From the NCBI GenBank assembly GCA_965217865.1, contig CBDCJO010000002.1, positions 4,096,001-4,160,000 on the forward strand: a stretch of 64,000 nt of DNA, in the 5' to 3' direction. Of this stretch, positions 60,819-64,000 are shown piece by piece. The DNA is from Candidatus Latescibacterota bacterium. Its GTDB lineage: Bacteria > Latescibacterota > UBA2968 > SICM01. The translations under genes were made by a program, and so were the position numbers. The notes under the pieces were generated by a model that saw only the letters and a list, made by a program, of their open reading frames with translations, made no database searches and was not told the DNA's origin. The stretch's first letter is position 1, and each line of letters starts with the position of its first letter.

Positions 60819-61850
60819 TCAGGCAGCCTTGTGGATGGTCTGGGATGTTCTTTGCCGATTGATTTCTATGCGGCGCTGCCGAGCCTCCTCCTTTCGACCT
60901 TGTCGGTGGTGAAGAATCTTTTGATGCTGGCCTTTATGCCTCTGAAGAGGCGTGACATACTGTATTGCCCCGTGATAGCGTTCGGCGTTGTAGCTGTGAA
61001 TGAAGGAATCAATCAGGCCTTCCAGTTGATGGAATGTGAAGATGTCCTGGAAGCGCAGCCAGTCGTATTTGAATGTCCGGAAAAAGGCTTCGATCCAGGC
61101 GTTGTCCGTGGGTGTTTGATATCGGGCAAACAGCTGCGAGATGCCCAGGTCCTTGAAGAATTGGGCCATCGATTTGGCCTTCATCTGAGATCCGTGATCT
61201 GAGAGGGCTGTCAAGCTTATGGGCCCAGTGTCCAGGTCCAGCAGTCCTTCGTTGGCAAGGGCTTGATCCCAGGCCTGTTTGACCTGCTCCACGGTCGCGT
61301 TGAAGGAGAGCTTCCATCCTACGATCTTCCTGGAATACACGTCGAGAATGGCGGTAAAATACAGGAACAAACCGAAAAATGGGATGTAGGTCAGGTCCCA
61401 GCTCCAGACCTGATTAGGACCTTCAGGTTTGACCTGGGGCTTGCTCTGCTTGACCGGCGTCCTCACCTGTTTCCTGCGTGCCAGACGTTCTTTCCTGGCC
61501 TGTCGGTAGAAGCTGGAGGCCGAGGCCTGCACTACCCCCTTCTCTGAGGCTACCACCGCCAGCTGATGGGGAGGCAGATCGGCATAGGTCTCATCCCTTA
61601 AGAGGGCCGGGATTTGCTCTTTCTCCTCCCTCAGCAATCCGTGTGGGGCCTCATCAGGGGCGGGCCCGGGCTTCCCATCCAAAAGCGGGTCCGACACCCC
61701 ATCCAGCTTCTCTTCTCGATCTCGCCGGCTCCAGGCACAATACCGCTGGAGGGGAAGCTGTAGGATCTCGCAAGAACGGGTGAGTTTCACCCCTTTCTCC
61801 TTGGCCCGATGGACCATTAAGAGGATCTCGCGTTTGACCTCAGCTTGCAC
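60819..61850 (-). CDS. IS3-family transposase OrfB (DDE)
   Basis: 343-aa rve domain, -1 frame relative to orfA. Confidence 0.9.
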   Translation of the reverse strand: MQAEVKREILLMVHRAKEKGVKLTRSCEILQLPLQRYCAWSRRDREEKLDGVSDPLLDGKPGPAPDEAPHGLLREEKEQIPALLRDETYADLPPHQLAVVASEKGVVQASASSFYRQARKERLARRKQVRTPVKQSKPQVKPEGPNQVWSWDLTYIPFFGLFLYFTAILDVYSRKIVGWKLSFNATVEQVKQAWDQALANEGLLDLDTGPISLTALSDHGSQMKAKSMAQFFKDLGISQLFARYQTPTDNAWIEAFFRTFKYDWLRFQDIFTFHQLEGLIDSFIHSYNAERYHGAIQYVTPLQRHKGQHQKILHHRQGRKEEARQRRIEINRQRTSQTIHKAA

Positions 61851-61873
61851 CCGGTGGCCCTTGATCGGGCCTG

Positions 61874-62209
61874 TCAGATCCCATTCACACTTTTTTTTAG
61901 CAGGGAAAGTTCCACAGATTGCTCAATGATCGTTTGCTCCAGGCGTGCCCGCTCTTTGCGCAGCTGCTCCACCTCCTCAGCCGATACCATCGGCTTGCGG
62001 CTCCGGCGACCCTTGAACTCCTTGAGGGCCCCGGACTTGACCGACTCACGAATACGCTTTAGATCCGAGGAATGAATGCCCCATTTCCGCAGCACCTGTG
62101 CAATGGGAACATCTCCCCGGCTGGCTTCAAGGAAAATCTCATACTTCTGTTCCGGGGACAAGCTCCTACGCTTCTTGACCGGGTCACTGTTTGAGGACAG
62201 TTGCTCCAT
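61874..62209 (-). CDS. IS3-family transposase OrfA
   Basis: Protein identical to 12493-12828. Confidence 0.9.
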   Translation of the reverse strand: MEQLSSNSDPVKKRRSLSPEQKYEIFLEASRGDVPIAQVLRKWGIHSSDLKRIRESVKSGALKEFKGRRSRKPMVSAEEVEQLRKERARLEQTIIEQSVELSLLKKSVNGI

Positions 62210-62396
62210 CTTTACTCCTCCTGTGAGGTCAGGGATATCCCAAAATATGTATCCCTTCTCAACCCTACAGGCAACCAGGATCTTGCTTCGACCTTGCCCC
62301 CGTTTTTTCGGGCGATCTCAGACAAAAGATAGTACAACCCGCTCTCTCCAATGGGGCAGTGAATCAAGTATTCAGTATTTGAATACTTCAGGATCA

Positions 62397-63491
62397 TCAT
62401 TCGTCCAAACATTTGCGGTACCCAATCGCATGTTCTTTGTCAGCCAACCCGGTAGCAACCACACCCAGGGTGCCATCAGGCAGGATGTATGCTGCAGTTG
62501 CACCTGGCAAACTATATTCACGGTGGATGTTTTCCAACTCAGTCTGAAATCGGGACTTCAGAATCTGAGAGTTCGCCGAAACGGGCTGAAAGGTGGCTGT
62601 CACTGATATGAGACCGACCAGACCAAGCGAGAGAAATGCACCCTGACGTAGGCGAAACTCTCGAAGTCTTTCCGGATTGACCTGCATTTCTTTGCCAAAA
62701 CCAAATAAAATCGCGATGGACGCGGAGAACCAGGAAAAGGTATAAATGGTTTCACCCACTTCTGATAATTTCACGATTTCACCGGAAAAATTGAGCACCG
62801 CATGAAAAATCACCATCACCAGAATACTGCGATTCGTGTTGATATAAATCCAGGAAATTACGACACTCAAAAACACTATACCGCTAAAATGCAGCCAGGA
62901 TTCGAGCGTCCCGATGCCGAGATTCGCCTGATATGTACCAGGGATAAATGAGGCCGGTAGATGCCACAGTGACCAAACCCCGCCCAGAATCAAACTGGCA
63001 GTTACCGCACTGCATTTTGTCTGGAGGAGATCCTGGGCATAGCCCCGCCAGCCCAGTTCTTCGAAAAAAGGAACAAGGCTGATAATGGCGAGGGTCAGCA
63101 GATGATTCGATGGATCAGAGATAAAGGAAGCCGCCGATTCTCCCCAACCCAGACCGATGCCTCCGGTCATGCCGTCAATGGAGCCGGCCAGGACCTGCAG
63201 CAGAAATGGTAAACCAATGACGATGGCTAGCCAGACCAGGGACAGGCGCTTCACATCGATGATGCGATGCCAATAATCCTGGATTTCTTCCTTTGATTTG
63301 GTCAGATGGGTGAACAGAATTCCGGTTATGCCCGGACCCATCATAGCCAGCGTCAGCAAACCAAGCGATAGTGCCGGGTAGCTGCTCATATCCTTGACAA
63401 TCAAAATCCCGCACAAGCCCCAACTCAAGATAAAGGTCGTTAGGAAATAGATCCAGGGGCTTTTCATGTATGTTCTGTCACTTGAATTCAT
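62397..63491 (-). CDS. CPBP/Abi intramembrane glutamic endopeptidase fused to a truncated beta-lactamase-like serine hydrolase start
   Basis: EELGWRGY, WSLWHLP, FHAVLN, then a TM and LPGATAAYILPDG..VATGLAD before an abrupt end. Confidence 0.75.
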   Translation of the reverse strand: MNSSDRTYMKSPWIYFLTTFILSWGLCGILIVKDMSSYPALSLGLLTLAMMGPGITGILFTHLTKSKEEIQDYWHRIIDVKRLSLVWLAIVIGLPFLLQVLAGSIDGMTGGIGLGWGESAASFISDPSNHLLTLAIISLVPFFEELGWRGYAQDLLQTKCSAVTASLILGGVWSLWHLPASFIPGTYQANLGIGTLESWLHFSGIVFLSVVISWIYINTNRSILVMVIFHAVLNFSGEIVKLSEVGETIYTFSWFSASIAILFGFGKEMQVNPERLREFRLRQGAFLSLGLVGLISVTATFQPVSANSQILKSRFQTELENIHREYSLPGATAAYILPDGTLGVVATGLADKEHAIGYRKCLDE

Positions 63492-63524
63492 ACGTCATTT
63501 CCTTTCTTTATCTGGTTGTACCGA

Positions 63525-64000
63525 CTAAAAGTGATATAATGTTTGCATCATCATCGCGCGTTGAACTGTTTCGACCGTGAAGGGGCTATTTTTGGCATCT
63601 TCTAAAAGGATGTTGCTGACCCCGGTGAGTTGATAAGATCATAATCTTAGATATTTGGTACCTGATCTCCACGGCAACCATACTACTACGCAGGCCAGAG
63701 TCGGCCTTGAAAGCATTGAGCGATTTCGTCGCTCGATCAACTGTGTACCAGGTGTCGGCATAATTTTGATCCATAAAGTCAACACTGACCAGTCCCGATA
63801 CGGACAGTCGATCCGTGGCAGGTAATCCGATCATGTATTGGGCGGAATAAACACATCCATGTCGGGTCTCATCTTTTAAGCCCGCCTGGTTGTATTTCAC
63901 TGCTGTGGGATGGTAGGCAAGCGAGACGCCAAATAGCCCGACCGGAGAGGGATAAGCCAGCCTGACGTTAAGGGCCAGAGGGGTTTTCAAATTGGGCGAC
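63525..64000 (-). CDS. MipA/OmpV-family outer-membrane protein, 5'-partial, frameshift near 63630
   Basis: DQNYADTWY.V...F.A.SGL; the alternative frame gives the expected end LLEDAKNSPFTV...YHF-stop. Confidence 0.6.

Larger units (their letters stand above)
60787..62336 (-). mobile_element. IS3-family insertion sequence, copy 2 (intact ORFs, right terminal ~20 bp missing)
   Basis: Reverse-complement near-identity to 12366-13871; identity stops at 60787 before the right IR. Confidence 0.9.

Overview
GC-rich bacterial chromosomal segment. The C-terminal 'DFDG..KVD..DFFLFA.AF' dockerin/EF-hand-like modules suggest a Latescibacterota-like organism (inference only). Left to right: (1) 3' end of a DUF4325/STAS-like gene, a mannonate-dehydratase-family gene, a class-III aminotransferase and a 3-hydroxyacyl-CoA dehydrogenase; (2) three tandem secreted NHL-propeller/Ig-like/dockerin-like paralogues with variable propeller loops; (3) an IS3-family element followed by a redox/detox island that includes an unannotated selenocysteine OsmC with a SECIS-like hairpin, then a lower-GC porin/PBP-like/hybrid-kinase block; (4) a GH-like gene, tRNA-Glu(CTC), wza and a probable Wzc-SPOR fusion; (5) a four-gene mamA-like TPR / unknown / mamK-like actin / atypical ParB operon with no other magnetosome genes in the window, the best candidate for an undescribed system; (6) mobA, a ferredoxin, and a membrane protein sharing a 17-aa identical motif with the Rieske N-terminus; (7) a respiratory cluster (Rieske/cyt b6/subunit IV/octaheme c, aa3-type oxidase and maturation genes, orphan nuoLMN); (8) a second, inverted IS3 copy, a truncated CPBP-hydrolase fusion and a MipA fragment. 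Intergenic regions are built from a shuffled set of 6-7-mer tandem repeats. Several indels and internal deletions may be assembly errors. Similarities to named proteins come from recalled motifs, not database searches.
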